A stretch of 60,565 nucleotides of DNA, the filler included, from Nemertoderma westbladi (lineage: Eukaryota; Animalia; Xenacoelomorpha), in assembly GCA_032718475.1 (NCBI GenBank). It is 2 parts of 2 records of this genome, joined end to end, with 100 filler letters (N's around TTAATTAATTAA, not from the genome) between each part and the next. Parts side by side here need not be neighbours in the genome. Positions count along the whole stretch, not along the records: positions 31,332 to 60,565 come from JAUCBJ010006663.1; 1 more part is not named here. The stretch is one strand, 5' to 3'. The notes below the pieces were generated by a model. That model was not told where the DNA came from. It worked only from the letters and a program-made list of their open reading frames with translations, and did no database searches. The translations under genes were made by a program, and so were the position numbers. Below are positions 34,240 to 47,283 of this stretch, piece by piece (position 1 is the first letter of the stretch; each line of letters begins with the position of its first letter).

Positions 34240-35760
34240 TAAACGTGAATGTATGTCTTATTAAGTTAAGAATAGTTGTCGCACGAGCAGCAAAGTACAC
34301 CGAGGTCTTTCTTTTCGCATTCAGAACTGTGTTAGTCATGTAGATTTGTATTCATGGATTTCTACGACCAAGGTGAAGTATTTTACACTTCAAAAAATTA
34401 AACTGTAAGTGCCATTTGTTTGCAATTCACCAAGCCGGTTTCAGTCTGCTTGCAAGAACTTGGTGTCATCTGTACTAGAAATTTGTCTGTATATCTTCGT
34501 GTCATCTACAAATATTTTACAACATGATGTGATCATATCAGGAACATCGTTAACGAACATCAATAATAATATTGGCGCAGTAACAGTACCTTGAGGAACG
34601 CCACTGGTCACAATTCCAGTCCCAATTAACCACTCCATTAACCTTAATAGATTGGGTACACCCAGTAAGAAAGTTACCTATCTAAACTAAAACGTTGCCC
34701 TTTACACCATAAATCATTCTAATTTATGCAGTAGCAGGGTGTGTGAGACAGTGTCAAAGGCTCGTCTCAGATCGAGATACACAACATCAGCTCCAAGAGA
34801 CCACAGTTCATCTACAAAGAAAGTTGCAGAAGTCTTCCACTACTTCTAGTAACTGTGTATCTGTAGAAGGGTATGAGCACGAGCACCGTGCTGGGCATCA
34901 GTGAAAATATTATTTCTTTCAAAATGACAAATAAGGGCATCACGAATAAGACATCTTCTCACAGACCTTAGCCAGGATACAAGTACAGTACTGTAAGGGG
35001 ATATGGAACAATAGATATCCGGGTTATGTTTAGGAGGTTTCTATAACTGTTAACAATGGACTGATAATTGCAGTGCGCCAACCGCACCGCCACAACACCG
35101 GAATCGAAACACAAACAACTGACATGGGACTGCAATGACATTGGTTAACTCTTTTAGTATCGGCTATGTAGTTTGTCGGGGCCAGCAGATAGTGTAGGAT
35201 TCAAATCAGATACAGTAACACTTAATCACATTTTCAATAGAAACGTAAACATTCTCAAGGAGGGGAATATCATGCTCAAAGGTTGACGGGTCAGGTAATT
35301 GGTCACTGATGCCGTCGTCAGAAGTAAACGCAGCAGAAAATGTGTCACTTAGAACTTCTGACATTTCTGATTCTGTAGTAACAGTCTGATTCCCTGTACG
35401 TAATGGGCCAATTGGGATGGGACATTTTCTCTTTGAATTAACGTAAGACCAGAAAGCCTTAGGATTGGAACTACAAAGTTTAGCAATACGTTTTTCGTGA
35501 TTTGATTTCGACACTCTACACGCCCTACCAGCTGTCTGTCTGGCACTGACATATCTATAACGGTTGCGCTCAGTAGGATATGTCCACCCAACGTTGAAAA
35601 AGCACTTGCTTCCTATGAACGAGCTGGGGGAAGATCTTCTCTGTGCTGGGGGTAAGAGCGCGTAAGAAAAGGGGTATGGGTCTATAAATAGCATCCAATG
35701 GGACGCCTCTATTTTACGACCGTTCTATACTGTAAACATACAGCTGTCTACCTTATTGAG
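34240..35760 (-). mobile_element. CR1-group LINE ORF2 fragment (tether plus RT)
   Basis: NPKAFWSYVNSK, SGVPQGTV.APILLLMFVND and IFVDDTKIY. Confidence 0.88.
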
Positions 35761-36373
35761 AAGTGGTAATACTACTTAATAGTTGCTAAACGACTACTTA
35801 ACCACACCCACCCACACACCTAAGCACGTCTACTTACCCGCACCCACCCACCCACCTAAACACGTCTAATTAACCGCACCCACCCACCCACCTAAGCAGG
35901 TGTACTTAACCGCACCCACCCACCCACCTAAGCACGTATACTTATCCACACCCACCCACATATCTAAGCACACCTAGTTAACCGCACCCACCTAAGCCCA
36001 TCGACTTAACCGCACCCACCCACCCACCTAAGCACGTGTACTTATCCACACCCACCCACCTACCTAAGCACACCTAGTTAACCGCACCCACCTAAGCATA
36101 TCGACTTAACCGCACCCACCCACCCACCTAAGCACACCTACTTAACCGCACCCACCCACCCACCTAAGCACGTCTACTTACCCGCACCCACCTAAACACG
36201 TCTACTTAACCGCAAAAGAGCACGTCTACTTAACCACACCCACCCACACAACTAAGCACGTCTACTTACGCGCACCCACCCACACACATAAGCACGTCTA
36301 CTTAACCGCAAACACCCACCCACCCACCTAAGCACAACGACTTAACCGCACCCACCCACCCACCTAAGCACGT

Positions 36374-38036
36374 CCCAGTAAAAAATCCGCATGCGTAACG
36401 CATTCGTGCCACATGCAGCATTCGTAAAAGGTGCGTGCAATGTTATTTAAGATTCGTGAAGCCTTCGTCAATGGTTCGTCAGTCAGAATAATTTAACGAA
36501 TGCGTATAGTATTCGTATCGCATGTGAGATTTCACTTGTAAATATATTCGTGGCTCATCATTCGTGGCGCATGCGATACGAATGCTCCCACTCCACACAA
36601 AAAATAATTCGTGGTTCATTCGTTCGTGTCACATGCGATACGAATGCTTAGGCACGCCACGCTTAAAATTATTCGTGGTCCATTCGTGACGCATGCGATA
36701 CGCATGCAAAGCACTCTCAATTAGAGTACCGTACAGACTGTAATACTGGCCAATCACCATTCGGCAAATAATCGAACATAGTGTTATTTAGTTAGTAGCT
36801 CTCCCCCTTTGTTACCAGTCAGCCAGTCCCATGTACTTTTACTATATATTTATTTAATGGGTTGCCCAGTAATTCTTAACTCCCGTTTATTATTTTGGTT
36901 CCCCATTATTTTGGTATGTAAACCTATGTACTCATACGTACCAATGTACTCATTTCCCAATGTTATTATAGTAGTTTTATGTTGTCATTATTTATCTCAC
37001 CTGGCCTACAGTACAGTACCAATACATATTATATTATAAAGCATGTGGAATTTTTATTAAATTGTACCTGTGTATTCTCACACAGTTTCTTAGGCCTCCA
37101 GGTCGAATTTGTTTAATTCGCTATAAAACGCCATTAAAAAGTCTACTGATATACTGTAGCAGTTAATTACCGGTAACTGCTACAGTAGGCCCTACACTTA
37201 TTAATGGTAAAAAAATCTTGCAGACAAAATACATCAAAGGCATACATTTTATGAGATGCATCAACATAATTTCAATGTTTTTTTTACTATATTCTAGAAT
37301 ATTAATTCGCTTTTTTTCGATAATAAGTAATAAATATATATACTGTATAATAATAATACAAATATATATAATAATAAAATAATATAATATAATAATAAAA
37401 TAATATAATAATAAAATAATATAATAATAAAATATCATAAAAAATAATAAACCATCAATAATAATTCATAAGATTAATTAAAAGCTTGAAATTAATATTC
37501 TAGATAATAAAATCATCACAACTATAACGATTTACGTCTGAAATTGCGTGCTCTTGAATTATATCTGAACATTTTTTTGGGGAAATTGAAAATGGCTTTC
37601 ATATTCGATTCGGAATATCAAGTATATTCAAAAAAATAAAATAAAATGGACACGTTTTAACAGGTGTAAACTGTTAAAACTATGTAAACTGTAGCGAAAC
37701 AATAAAAAAAATAAAAATCCTGCTGTAAACATTCGTATAACATTCGTAAAACATTCGTAACGCATTCGTATAGCGTGGGAAACATTCGTATATAACATGC
37801 GGGACGCATTCGTATAGTGTGCGGGAAACATTCGTATAAGATTAGGAACGCATTCGTAGAATGTGCGGGATTCGAATAAGGTTCGTATTACATTCGATAT
37901 GCGAATAAAGGATGCGTATTTGGTTCGGTTTTCGCGTTCGTATCGCATGGTTCATCTATGTAACATTTCAGAATGCGTTACGAATGCGTGAAATATGCGC
38001 CATCCCATGCGTTACGAATGCGGATTTTTTACTGGG
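36374..38036. mobile_element. Non-autonomous TIR element, CMC/EnSpm-like
   Basis: ~30-bp TIR CCCAGTAAAAAATCCGCAT(G/T)CGTAACGCAT. Flanking GT/GT is consistent with a 2-bp TSD (removal restores GCACGTGTACTT). Subterminal ATTCGT repeats. Confidence 0.8.
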
Positions 38037-38825
38037 GTGTACTTACCACGCCCACCCACCCACCTAAGCACGTATACTTACCCGCACCCACCCACCTACC
38101 TAAGCACACCTAGTTAACCGTACCCACCTAAGCACATCGACTTAACCGCACCCACCCACCCACCTAAGCACGTGTACTTAACCACACACACCCACCCACC
38201 CCCTTCTGCAAATCGTATATTATCCTAACACCAACACATTTACGTTTTTCACGCGACAGTACTAACACCTAATAACACTGATTTAATTGTGCTAACACAA
38301 CCAGTTCAATAAATGACCGCTAGTATTGCACACCACACATCAATTCCCCTAACAGGGTAATAACTAGTGTTTAAATTGCCGGCTTCTGCACGTTCATTAT
38401 TTGTCTTTGTAAAAGCAATACATTGGCTGGACTGTAGGACTATAATTTCTAGAATACAAATATAGTGCTAACAACAACCAATAATAGTATAATGACAGCA
38501 ACTGTATCTGCATGACACCCACCCACCTAAGCACGTTACCCGCACCCACCCACCTACCTAAGCACACCTAGTTAACCGCACCCTCCTAAGCACATCGACT
38601 TAACCGCACCCACCCACCCACCTAAGCACGTGTACTTACCACGCCACCCACCCACCTAAGCACGTATACTTACCCGCACCCACCCACCTACCTAAGCACA
38701 CCTAGTTAACCGCACCCTCCTAAGCACATCGACTTAACCGCACCCACCCACCCACCTAAGCACGTGTACTTACCACGCCCACCCACCCACCTAAGCACGT
38801 ATACTTACCCGCACACACCCACATA

Positions 38826-41800
38826 CAGTCCCGCTCTCAAAAAGCATTCCTTTGATCAAACATTGATCAAACTTTGATCAAACATTGATCAAAGTTTGAT
38901 CAAAATGTGTCCATAGAATATCATTGAAAGTAGCATTGACATTGAAATGACATTGATGGCATATTGAAATGACCTTGAAATCGATGGACCAAAATTCCAG
39001 ACTTTCTGTCTCATATTGAAATGACATTGAAATGATTTCAAGGTAACAGTTTACATCGCTCTTCTGCGGCATGCCTTTGAACTCAGATTCCCGCCGAGGA
39101 CTGGCTTTTGTTAATGGCCAAGCCGCGATGTGATTGATAGGGCGATGGATGGAGCTTGCTTGACTTTGTGGATGGACAGCGATTGGATTTACAAGGCGGT
39201 GTTGGTTGTTGTAGTGTCCCAGACTGAGTTTTGTTCTTGTAGGGCAGGGCCTATTATTAGTCATTACACCAACAACTAGTTCAGAAAAACAGCCTTGGGA
39301 ATATTTTTAATTTATTGTTATATTAGAAATTGTTTCAATGTTCCTTTAAATCAGAATCAAGGCCAAATACCTCCATTGACGTAGCAGCGCGATGGCTGCC
39401 GTTGCATTGCATTTGCTTATACAGTAAATTGTGTAAATTCGACAAGATTCCTTCCTGCCCCTGTCTCTAATTATACTAATAAATGAAAATAAAGAAATAA
39501 ATAAATCCAAGCGCTAGCGCCAGCGCACCCCCTAAAATACCTTCTAAAAATTTACGTAATTTAATTTTAATACTCTGATAAGGAAATTTTATTGAAAACC
39601 TAATTTGTTTTAAAGTAAACTATGTTATGTACATCATTAGTTACGTATTTTTTAATTTAGTTTAACGTATTGTAATTATAATTTTTTAAATATTAAAAAT
39701 CAAATTAGGTTAGTAATACTTATTCAATTATGCTCATTCATTTTTAATTAATGGAGGGTTTTAACCATCCGGCCGACAAACCACACTTGCTCACAGGTCG
39801 TTGTAAGACAAGGCATCAATATAACCCCAGTGATCCCATACCCTCTCTTGTTGTGGAATATTACTATATCATTGTACAAGCTGCGGACCTGCCCCCCCCC
39901 CCCCCCCCCCCCCCCCCATTATAATGTGTTGTAGCCATCCACCCAACCCATTGCGTAACTCCGAATTAAACTACACACAGCACAGCCCATACCTGCCATT
40001 GCTTTCATTACGCCACATCGCCAAGTGGAGATTCAATTGTGAATTATTATAATCATTATTAGATTGACAACACAGTGTTGTGGTAGTGTACCAGTACCAG
40101 ACCACTAACAACTCCAGGCTACGTTCTGAAATACAGCCTCTGGAATATTATTAAATTATTTTCTTTAGAAATTATTCACTAGAAAGCCAGTCTGTCAATT
40201 TAATCGTCCAGTATCAATTCTTGCGGGCTAATACAATTTATTTTCGGGCTAAGGATGCCCTGCCCACTGGCTAAGAAAGCTTGCGGGTAAACGATTCCCA
40301 TTTTGCGGGCTAAGAATTCCCGCGGGCTAAGTCATCACCCAACCGAACATACAGTTGACTGTAAACTGCTTTACTCGCATCTCTATAACAACAACCCAAA
40401 TGCTGTGATTCACAGTATGCGATTTCACCGTGCTGTCACCGCAAGTGTATCTGAGAGTGTATTACTGGTACAGCTACAATTAGTTTCAAAAAAATTAATG
40501 TAAAACATCGAAAGGAGCAGGTTAAAGGGGTTGTGTTTTCTAACCAAAACAACAAACCAAAGTAGATTTCAACGATTTTCGCTGGAGAACTTTTTTATTT
40601 GCGACCAACTGGCGCCACTATTTGCGAGATAAGGTAGAAATTTTAATTAATATCGAGACAAATACAACGTCTGTTTAATTGTTTTTGGGCAAACAGAAAA
40701 GACCTCCATGTTGAAATTTTAGTAAGAAAGTTTAGTGTAATAAATTAGTTTAGTACACATTACTACCTGCATAGTTCCTTTGCGATCAGGCCAGCTCAGT
40801 GCCAGGAGGCCAATCTCTTTGGTTCGCGGCCGCCTCCTGTGTATGGGTTAGTTGGCTGTCTAATTTCTTGGGAAGCCTTTAGTTAATTTCGAAATTTCGG
40901 GGAATTCCATTCCACAGCAGATAAATGGTTTTACATGTTGGGGCGGCATAAGCTAAGAGCCATTACACATGATATGCCTTTACTTTGTTAATGGTCTGTC
41001 GCTGTCGGCACCCCAAGCTAATAATATACAGCAAGTAGCACTCCGCTGACTCCTGTACTCCCTATGACATATTTGTTGTTACTCGAATCAATTATTTCTC
41101 CTTACAAGAAAGCAACGTATTTCCCACTTGTGGCCAGCCAGAAGGCCACAATGTCAACTGATATAATAATACCAAGGGATATTCTCATATCCCCAAGGAT
41201 CTAGCCCTTGGCCAGCCAGGTTACAATGCGAAGCTTTCTGTTTAGAAAAATGCTTTTGTTTCAGAAAATTTGAAATGTGGATCTTTAATATATATATTAT
41301 TTTTTTTCTCATTTCAACTGGAAAGGGTTTTTCAGTATGCTTTCACATGGCCTCCCCCTCGCTCGGTACGCTAGTTGCCCCCCCCCCCCCCCCATTATTA
41401 TAATGTATTGTAACCATCCACCCAACACATTGCGTAACTCAGAATTAAACTCCACACAGCCCCTACCCGCCCTTGCTTTCATTACCACCACACCGCTAAG
41501 TGGAGATTCAATTGCGGCTGTTATTTTCTGATAATCACTGTAAATTATTATAACCTAGGCGGTCCGGTTTAAATAACGGCTATAGCGTACAAACCTATGG
41601 TATGATATGGATGTGGTGTCCTGTGTGCTCTGCAGACATCCTACAGAGCACATGGAGCATTACACACACAGGGAGAGCGAGAGAGAGAGAGAGAGAGGGC
41701 TGCTTGATTGACACACGGCTCAGTGGGAATCTAGACTTTGAAGTGCAGCGCCTTTGGTAGAACTCAATGGCATGATTTATAAGCCTGGTTCATTTCAATA

Positions 41801-41879
41801 TTTGATCAAACTTTGATCAATGTTTGATCAAAGTTTGATCAATGTTTGATCAAAGGAATGCTTTTTGAGAGCGGGACTG
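38826..41879. mobile_element. Non-autonomous 3-kb TIR element with TA TSD (Tc1/mariner-like)
   Basis: ~78-bp perfect TIR CAGTCCCGCTCTCAAAAAGCATTCC(TTTGATCAAA..)5 with TA on both sides. No transposase recognised. Confidence 0.85.
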
Positions 41880-41951
41880 TACCTAAGCACACCTAGTTAA
41901 CCGCACCCACCTAAGCATGTGTACTTAACCGCACCCACCCACGCGCGCCCA

Positions 41952-42051
41952 GTTAAGAGTTCGGATTTTAATATAATCCATGCCACACCAGCAGATAAAT
42001 CGGTAAACCTATCAGACCAGTCAATATCTCGTAATGAATCACGCCAACTAC
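41952..42051 (-). mobile_element. CR1-group LINE fragment (post-endonuclease region)
   Basis: RDSLRDIDWSDRF..AWIILKSEL on the minus strand. Confidence 0.7.
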
Positions 42052-42292
42052 TGATATATACTGTACTGTACTGCGTTATACTGTACATATATTACTTTGG
42101 TGTATCCCAACTACAGAACTAAATAGCACTAGCAGTGCATACTGCTGTACCGCATATGTACACACTCACGGTACATTAGTACCGGTAGACTGATATATAC
42201 TTGTACAGCCTACGTAACAATTAACGAGCTTCATCAGACCAATATATTAGTATTGCATATTATGTTCAATTCATACCGATGAACTCATGACA
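42052..42292 (+). repeat. 5' LTR
   Basis: Direct repeat of 47038-47278. Confidence 0.95.
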
Positions 42293-42375
42293 TGGCGCAG
42301 TGTTACGGTCGAATCTCGGCGGGAGCCTAATTTATTCAGTAAAAACAAAATAAAACTGTAAAACAAAACAAAAAC

Positions 42376-43695
42376 ATGAATAGCGACGAGGAAGATTCAC
42401 TAAACTTAACAGAAGACGACGTTGCGAACCTACACCGCACCGACCTTCTCAAACATTGTTACGCCCTTCGAGTCCAGTGCGATTCGAAAACCGGTATGGA
42501 AGTTCTTCGCCGTCGTCTACATCGTGCGCTCTTCGCGGAACCCGAAACAGCGCCCCCTCTAACACCAACGCCGGCCCTCGATTTAGGCGAGGTTTTACGC
42601 CAGTTGGATCTACAACGCCAACAGGAACGCGAACACGACCGGGAGGAACAACGCCAAGAACGGGCGTTCCAACAGCAACAATTTCTCCAGTTGTTGCAAC
42701 AGCCTGACGCAGCTACAGCGCCACCCCTACCTCGGCACGGTGGAGAACCACATACAGGCGAACATAATAGTGGAAATTCCGCAAAACTCACAGTACGCCC
42801 ACCCCAACCCCTGGAACTAAACTTATCTTATAAACAGTTTAAACATTGGGAAGTTACGTGGCACAACTACACTAGGGTTGTAAAACTCGATGAGAAAACT
42901 CGGGATCTCCAGGTTGCCACCCTCTTTAGCTACTGTAACGCAGATTTCTTAACACATTTAAACTACAGACTCCATATTTCCCAAGACACCGAACTCACTA
43001 TGGAGGACATAATATTTCGCATACGTGAACACCTTCGCGCAGAACAAAACGTGGCGGTTGATCGCTATGAACTCGTCCGCCAGAAACAGGACAAGGGACA
43101 AACTTTCGACGATTTCTATATTAAACTGTCAGAAATGGCAGACGATGCGCAGGTCGAAAGGATGACGAAGGACGACTGGCTAACGACACTAGTCGTATGC
43201 GGAATTCGCGATGAGGAAACACGCGAGGAACTTTTCGGTAAACGACCGACCTATAATCTAGAACAAACTCTAGATTTCTGCAGAAATCGCGAACTCGCCG
43301 CTAAGGAAACCCAACGCCTTAAACACCGCATCGGCACCATACAACAACCCGGTCGCGCTGGCCCAGATCGACCAGGGCGTCCCAAAAACCAGTCGCAGAG
43401 CCAATATAAACGGGGTAAAAGTGGCGGCCGATCGCAGTCGTACGGTCGCGACACCGCTTCCGTTGTACGGAGAACGAAGGAAGCGGGTGAATGTATACAC
43501 TGTGGCGGCTCATGGCCGCATTCGAACGACAAACCCTGCACGGCGGCTGGAAAAATCTGCAAAAACTGTGGGAAAAAAGGCCATTTCGCATCAAAGTGCC
43601 TTTTTAAGAAATATACAAAAATGGCTCAAACTTCCGGAGAGCAATTTCAATCGCCGATATACACGAATACATGGATGCACGCCGGAGACCCTTAA
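42376..43695 (+). CDS. gag: Gypsy Gag
   Basis: 439 aa. Retrotrans-gag-like Q..GQTFDDF..L motif and two Cys/His knuckles (CIHCG..H..C, CKNCGKKGHFASKC). Confidence 0.9.
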   Translation: MNSDEEDSLNLTEDDVANLHRTDLLKHCYALRVQCDSKTGMEVLRRRLHRALFAEPETAPPLTPTPALDLGEVLRQLDLQRQQEREHDREEQRQERAFQQQQFLQLLQQPDAATAPPLPRHGGEPHTGEHNSGNSAKLTVRPPQPLELNLSYKQFKHWEVTWHNYTRVVKLDEKTRDLQVATLFSYCNADFLTHLNYRLHISQDTELTMEDIIFRIREHLRAEQNVAVDRYELVRQKQDKGQTFDDFYIKLSEMADDAQVERMTKDDWLTTLVVCGIRDEETREELFGKRPTYNLEQTLDFCRNRELAAKETQRLKHRIGTIQQPGRAGPDRPGRPKNQSQSQYKRGKSGGRSQSYGRDTASVVRRTKEAGECIHCGGSWPHSNDKPCTAAGKICKNCGKKGHFASKCLFKKYTKMAQTSGEQFQSPIYTNTWMHAGDP

Positions 43696-46373
43696 TCAGC
43701 ATCATTTTCCGGGAATCTGGGGAATACCTCGATAACCGGAGCTGCGTGGCCGACACCGGAGCGCAGGTTACAGCAGCGAGCAGTAAATTCGTGGGGGACT
43801 GGGGAATACGTAACAAACTGGTAGCGCCAGATTGTCCTCTAGAAACTGCAAATAAAACTCCTATACAGTGCGAGGGACGCGCACTCATAGAACTCTCTAT
43901 TAAAGGTAAATGCCATAAGGAGTGGGTATACTTCTGCCCAGAAATAAAACCATACGATATTTATATCTCACTCCTTGCCTGTAAAGGACTGGGAATCGTT
44001 CACTCTGAATTCCCCACTCCGTTACATTGTGTAGAGAAACCTACACATACCACAACAAAGGACCGACACATTGGCATCCACGCAGTGGAGGAACACAGCG
44101 AAATAAACTCCCCTCACGTTCCCAAATTCACAAACAAACACACCACAAACAGTCCAATGTCTGAATCCTCCATTTATAACCAACAAAAGGCACAACTTCT
44201 GGAGGAATATTCAGATGTGTTCGGTTCCGGCGGACAATTACCGACAATGTCCGGGCCACCAATGGAAATCAAACTGGTGGACAATGCCATGCCATTCCGG
44301 ATAAACGCAGCTCATTCGATCCCTCTACCTGTCAGGGACAAAGCGAAAACTGAACTCGAGGACATGCTCGAAAAGGGCATTATCGAACGCATTGGTGACC
44401 GCCCTGTGGAGTGGTGCCACCCAATCGTGGTGTGCAGGAAACCAAATCGTCCGGGAGAGGTAAGAATTACCGTCGATTTAACACACCTGAACAAACAGGT
44501 GCAACGTACTGTACATAATTCCAGAACACCGCAGGATATCGTTGCAGATCGTACTGCCAGGGCCAATTTATTTACAACTCTAGACGCTCGTTCCGGATAT
44601 TGGCTGGTTGAGTTGAAGGAGGACTCACGCGACTTTACAGCGTTCTTAACTCCCTGGGGACGGTTTCGCTTCTGCCGAGCCCCAATGGGATTTATAAGCG
44701 CCGGCGACTCGTACAATTATCGCGGAGATCTAGTGCTAGATGGCATGTCACAAGTCCACAAATGCGTGGACGACATACTGGTTGAGGACGGCAACTTCCA
44801 AGACCACATAACGCGTGTCCGTGCTGTCCTAGATCGCTGTCGCGGCGCAGGTATAACTTTACATCCTGGAAAATTTCACTTTGCTCAACCCAAAGTCAAA
44901 TTCGCAGGTTTCATAATATCCGCTGACGGAACAGAAGCGGATCCCGATAAACTGAAAGCGATTTGCGCTTTCCCATCACCTACAAACATCACGGACTTAC
45001 GAAGTTTCGTGGGACTCGTGAATCAGTTGGGATGCTTTTCGAGTGATCTCTCAACTGCAGCAACTCCATTACACGCAACTCGCAACAATTTCCTATGGAC
45101 TGCGAACCACGAGGAAGCATTCAACCACGTGAAACAATTACTTATCGAACCGCCGATCCTAGCTCCATTCAATTTACATGCTCAGACTAAACTAGAAACC
45201 GACGCCAGTCGCTTACATGGTCTTGGTTTCGACCTTTTACAACTTCACGGCACTGATTGGAAACTGGTCGCCTGTGGAAGTCGATTTCTGAGTGATCCAG
45301 AAACTCGTTATTCCACGATCGAGTTGGAGTGTATCGCTATTAAATACGGTATGAACAAATGCCGCATTTATCTAGCCGGGTTGAAAACATTTACAGTCGT
45401 AACCGACCACCGGCCATTGTTGACCATATTTAACCAATACACTGCCGACCAGATCGAGAACACAAAAATACAAAAGATCAAATCTGATCTTCAATCCCAG
45501 TACCAATTCCGTGTCGAGTGGCAAAAAGGTAAAACACATCGAATCGCCGATTGCCTCAGCCGCTCACCCATCGACGACCCGGATGAACCCGATCCAGATG
45601 ATCCCTCACACTCCGTGAACATTGTAAATTCCTTATCCATTGACGGTAAGAACGGAGACTCAGCTGGAGATCCACTGGTTAACGAATTCCAGGCTGCGGC
45701 GAATAACGATAAAGGGTACAACGAGCTCATTCGAGAAATACAGGAGGGCTTCCAGAACAAACACCTAGCATCACCCTACATACACAACTTCCATTCTATT
45801 TTCAACGAACTGTCAATATATAATGGACTCGTACTATACAACAATCGGATTGTCATCCCACCTAACTGTAAACAAAATATTTTGGCACGACTTCACTCCT
45901 CCCACCAAGGGATTACACGTACTAAACAGCGTGCACGAAAACTTGTTTATTGGCCAGGTATGGGAGCAGATATCGAACGCACCATTAAACAATGCAACCG
46001 TTGCCAGGAACTCCTTCCCAGTCTTCCAAAGGAGACACTGATGGCGGACGACCTCCCAAGCAGACCCTTCGAGTCTGTCTCATCCGATCTTTTCTACCTC
46101 GGGGGAAAACATTTCCTTATATACACTGACCGCCTATCCGGTTACCCCCTTGTTCATGAATGGCGAGATGACCCCACATCCCAACAGGTCGCCTATGTAA
46201 TCCGCAAATATTTTGTGGACCTCGGAGTTCCCAACGTGTTCCGAGCGGATGGAGGTCCCCAGTTTGCTTCACATTCATTCGGAGCATTCCTTAAATGGTG
46301 GGGTGTACGTTTAGTTACGAGCACTCCACACTACCCACAAAGCAATGGCCATGCGGAGGCCAGCGTTAAATAA
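43671..46373 (+). CDS. pol: Gypsy Pol (PR-RT-RNaseH-integrase), ending at a premature stop
   Basis: ADTGA protease, LDARSGY/PMG/CVDD RT, TDAS..ELE..TDH RNase H, HHCC and D-D-E integrase (SSDLF, ADGGPQF, HAE). Confidence 0.93.
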   Translation: MDARRRPLISIIFRESGEYLDNRSCVADTGAQVTAASSKFVGDWGIRNKLVAPDCPLETANKTPIQCEGRALIELSIKGKCHKEWVYFCPEIKPYDIYISLLACKGLGIVHSEFPTPLHCVEKPTHTTTKDRHIGIHAVEEHSEINSPHVPKFTNKHTTNSPMSESSIYNQQKAQLLEEYSDVFGSGGQLPTMSGPPMEIKLVDNAMPFRINAAHSIPLPVRDKAKTELEDMLEKGIIERIGDRPVEWCHPIVVCRKPNRPGEVRITVDLTHLNKQVQRTVHNSRTPQDIVADRTARANLFTTLDARSGYWLVELKEDSRDFTAFLTPWGRFRFCRAPMGFISAGDSYNYRGDLVLDGMSQVHKCVDDILVEDGNFQDHITRVRAVLDRCRGAGITLHPGKFHFAQPKVKFAGFIISADGTEADPDKLKAICAFPSPTNITDLRSFVGLVNQLGCFSSDLSTAATPLHATRNNFLWTANHEEAFNHVKQLLIEPPILAPFNLHAQTKLETDASRLHGLGFDLLQLHGTDWKLVACGSRFLSDPETRYSTIELECIAIKYGMNKCRIYLAGLKTFTVVTDHRPLLTIFNQYTADQIENTKIQKIKSDLQSQYQFRVEWQKGKTHRIADCLSRSPIDDPDEPDPDDPSHSVNIVNSLSIDGKNGDSAGDPLVNEFQAAANNDKGYNELIREIQEGFQNKHLASPYIHNFHSIFNELSIYNGLVLYNNRIVIPPNCKQNILARLHSSHQGITRTKQRARKLVYWPGMGADIERTIKQCNRCQELLPSLPKETLMADDLPSRPFESVSSDLFYLGGKHFLIYTDRLSGYPLVHEWRDDPTSQQVAYVIRKYFVDLGVPNVFRADGGPQFASHSFGAFLKWWGVRLVTSTPHYPQSNGHAEASVK

Positions 46374-46985
46374 ATCAAATATCTGCTCCGCAAAATGCCT
46401 CATTGCAACATACACTCAGAAGAATTCGAGGAAGGGCTCCTCGAGCTTCGTAATACTCCATGTCCCGATGGCCGGTCGCCTAACGAAGTCGTTTTCGGCC
46501 GACTATTGCGATCAAGAATCCCAGCCCATCATACAGCTTATGCGCAGAACTGGCAAGACATTGCGGATGCAGTAGATAAACGGATAGCTGATCTACGTCA
46601 AAAATCAACAAACATTTACAACCGCTCCGCCCACAACCTACCCCCATTCAAAGTTGGAACCGATGTGTATATTCAGGACCCGCGATCAAAACGTTGGTCA
46701 CACACAGGTACTATTGTGAGCGTGGGAGAAAAACGTGACTACCGTGTCAAGTTAGCATCCGGCAGAACGTGGTGGAGGAACCGTCGTTTCCTTCGACAAG
46801 TTTATAAAGTTGAGGAACCAATGAACCAATCAAACGATACACCGATGGACGAAACTAGCGGTGACGAATCGAAAGTAAATAAAACTGAAAGTATTTCTGT
46901 CCCCCGACGTAGTACACGAAAACGTAAAACTATTATTCGTTGGGGTATAAACAATATTCATTATTATAATCAAGCAGACTATTAA
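46374..46985 (+). pseudogene. Integrase C-terminal remainder, in frame after TAA
   Basis: IKYLLRK..LLELRNTP..GRSPNEV.FGR..RNRRFLR, in the same frame as pol. Confidence 0.88.
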
Positions 46986-47037
46986 CTGCGATCTAAACTG
47001 GCATGTAAACCAGTATAGATCGTGGGGGAAAAGGAGA

Positions 47038-47278
47038 TGATATATACTGTACTGTACTGCGTTATACTGTACATATATTACTTTGGTGTATCCCAACTAC
47101 AGAACTAAATAGCACTAGCAGTGCATACTGCTGTACCGCATATGTACACACTCACGGTACATTAGTACCGGTAGACTGATATATACTTGTACAGCCTACG
47201 TAACAATTAACGAGCTTCATCAGACCAATATATTAGTATTGCATATTATGTTCAATTCATACCGATGAACTCATGACA
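47038..47278 (+). repeat. 3' LTR
   Basis: No differences from the 5' LTR seen by eye. Confidence 0.95.
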
Positions 47279-47283
47279 ACTAC

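Larger units (their letters stand above)
35790..41942. repeat. C-rich ~28-36 bp minisatellite (CTTAACCGCACCCACCCACCCACCTAAGCACGTSTA), interrupted by two DNA transposons
   Basis: Blocks at 35790-36373, 38037-38200, 38515-38823 and 41882-41942. Confidence 0.88.
42052..47278 (+). mobile_element. Full-length Ty3/Gypsy LTR retrotransposon (Mag-like)
   Basis: 241-bp TG..CA LTRs, 5-bp TSD ACTAC (42047-51, 47279-83), PBS TGGCGCAG at 42293, PPT at 47024-47037, domain order gag-PR-RT-RH-IN. Confidence 0.97.

Noticed and set aside
35790-38823. Telomeric repeat
   Set aside because: The unit is a variable 28-36 bp minisatellite, not TTAGGG/TTAGG.
40780-41230. Possible transposase remnant inside the TA-TSD element
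   Set aside because: It has multiple stops and no motif I can assign with confidence.
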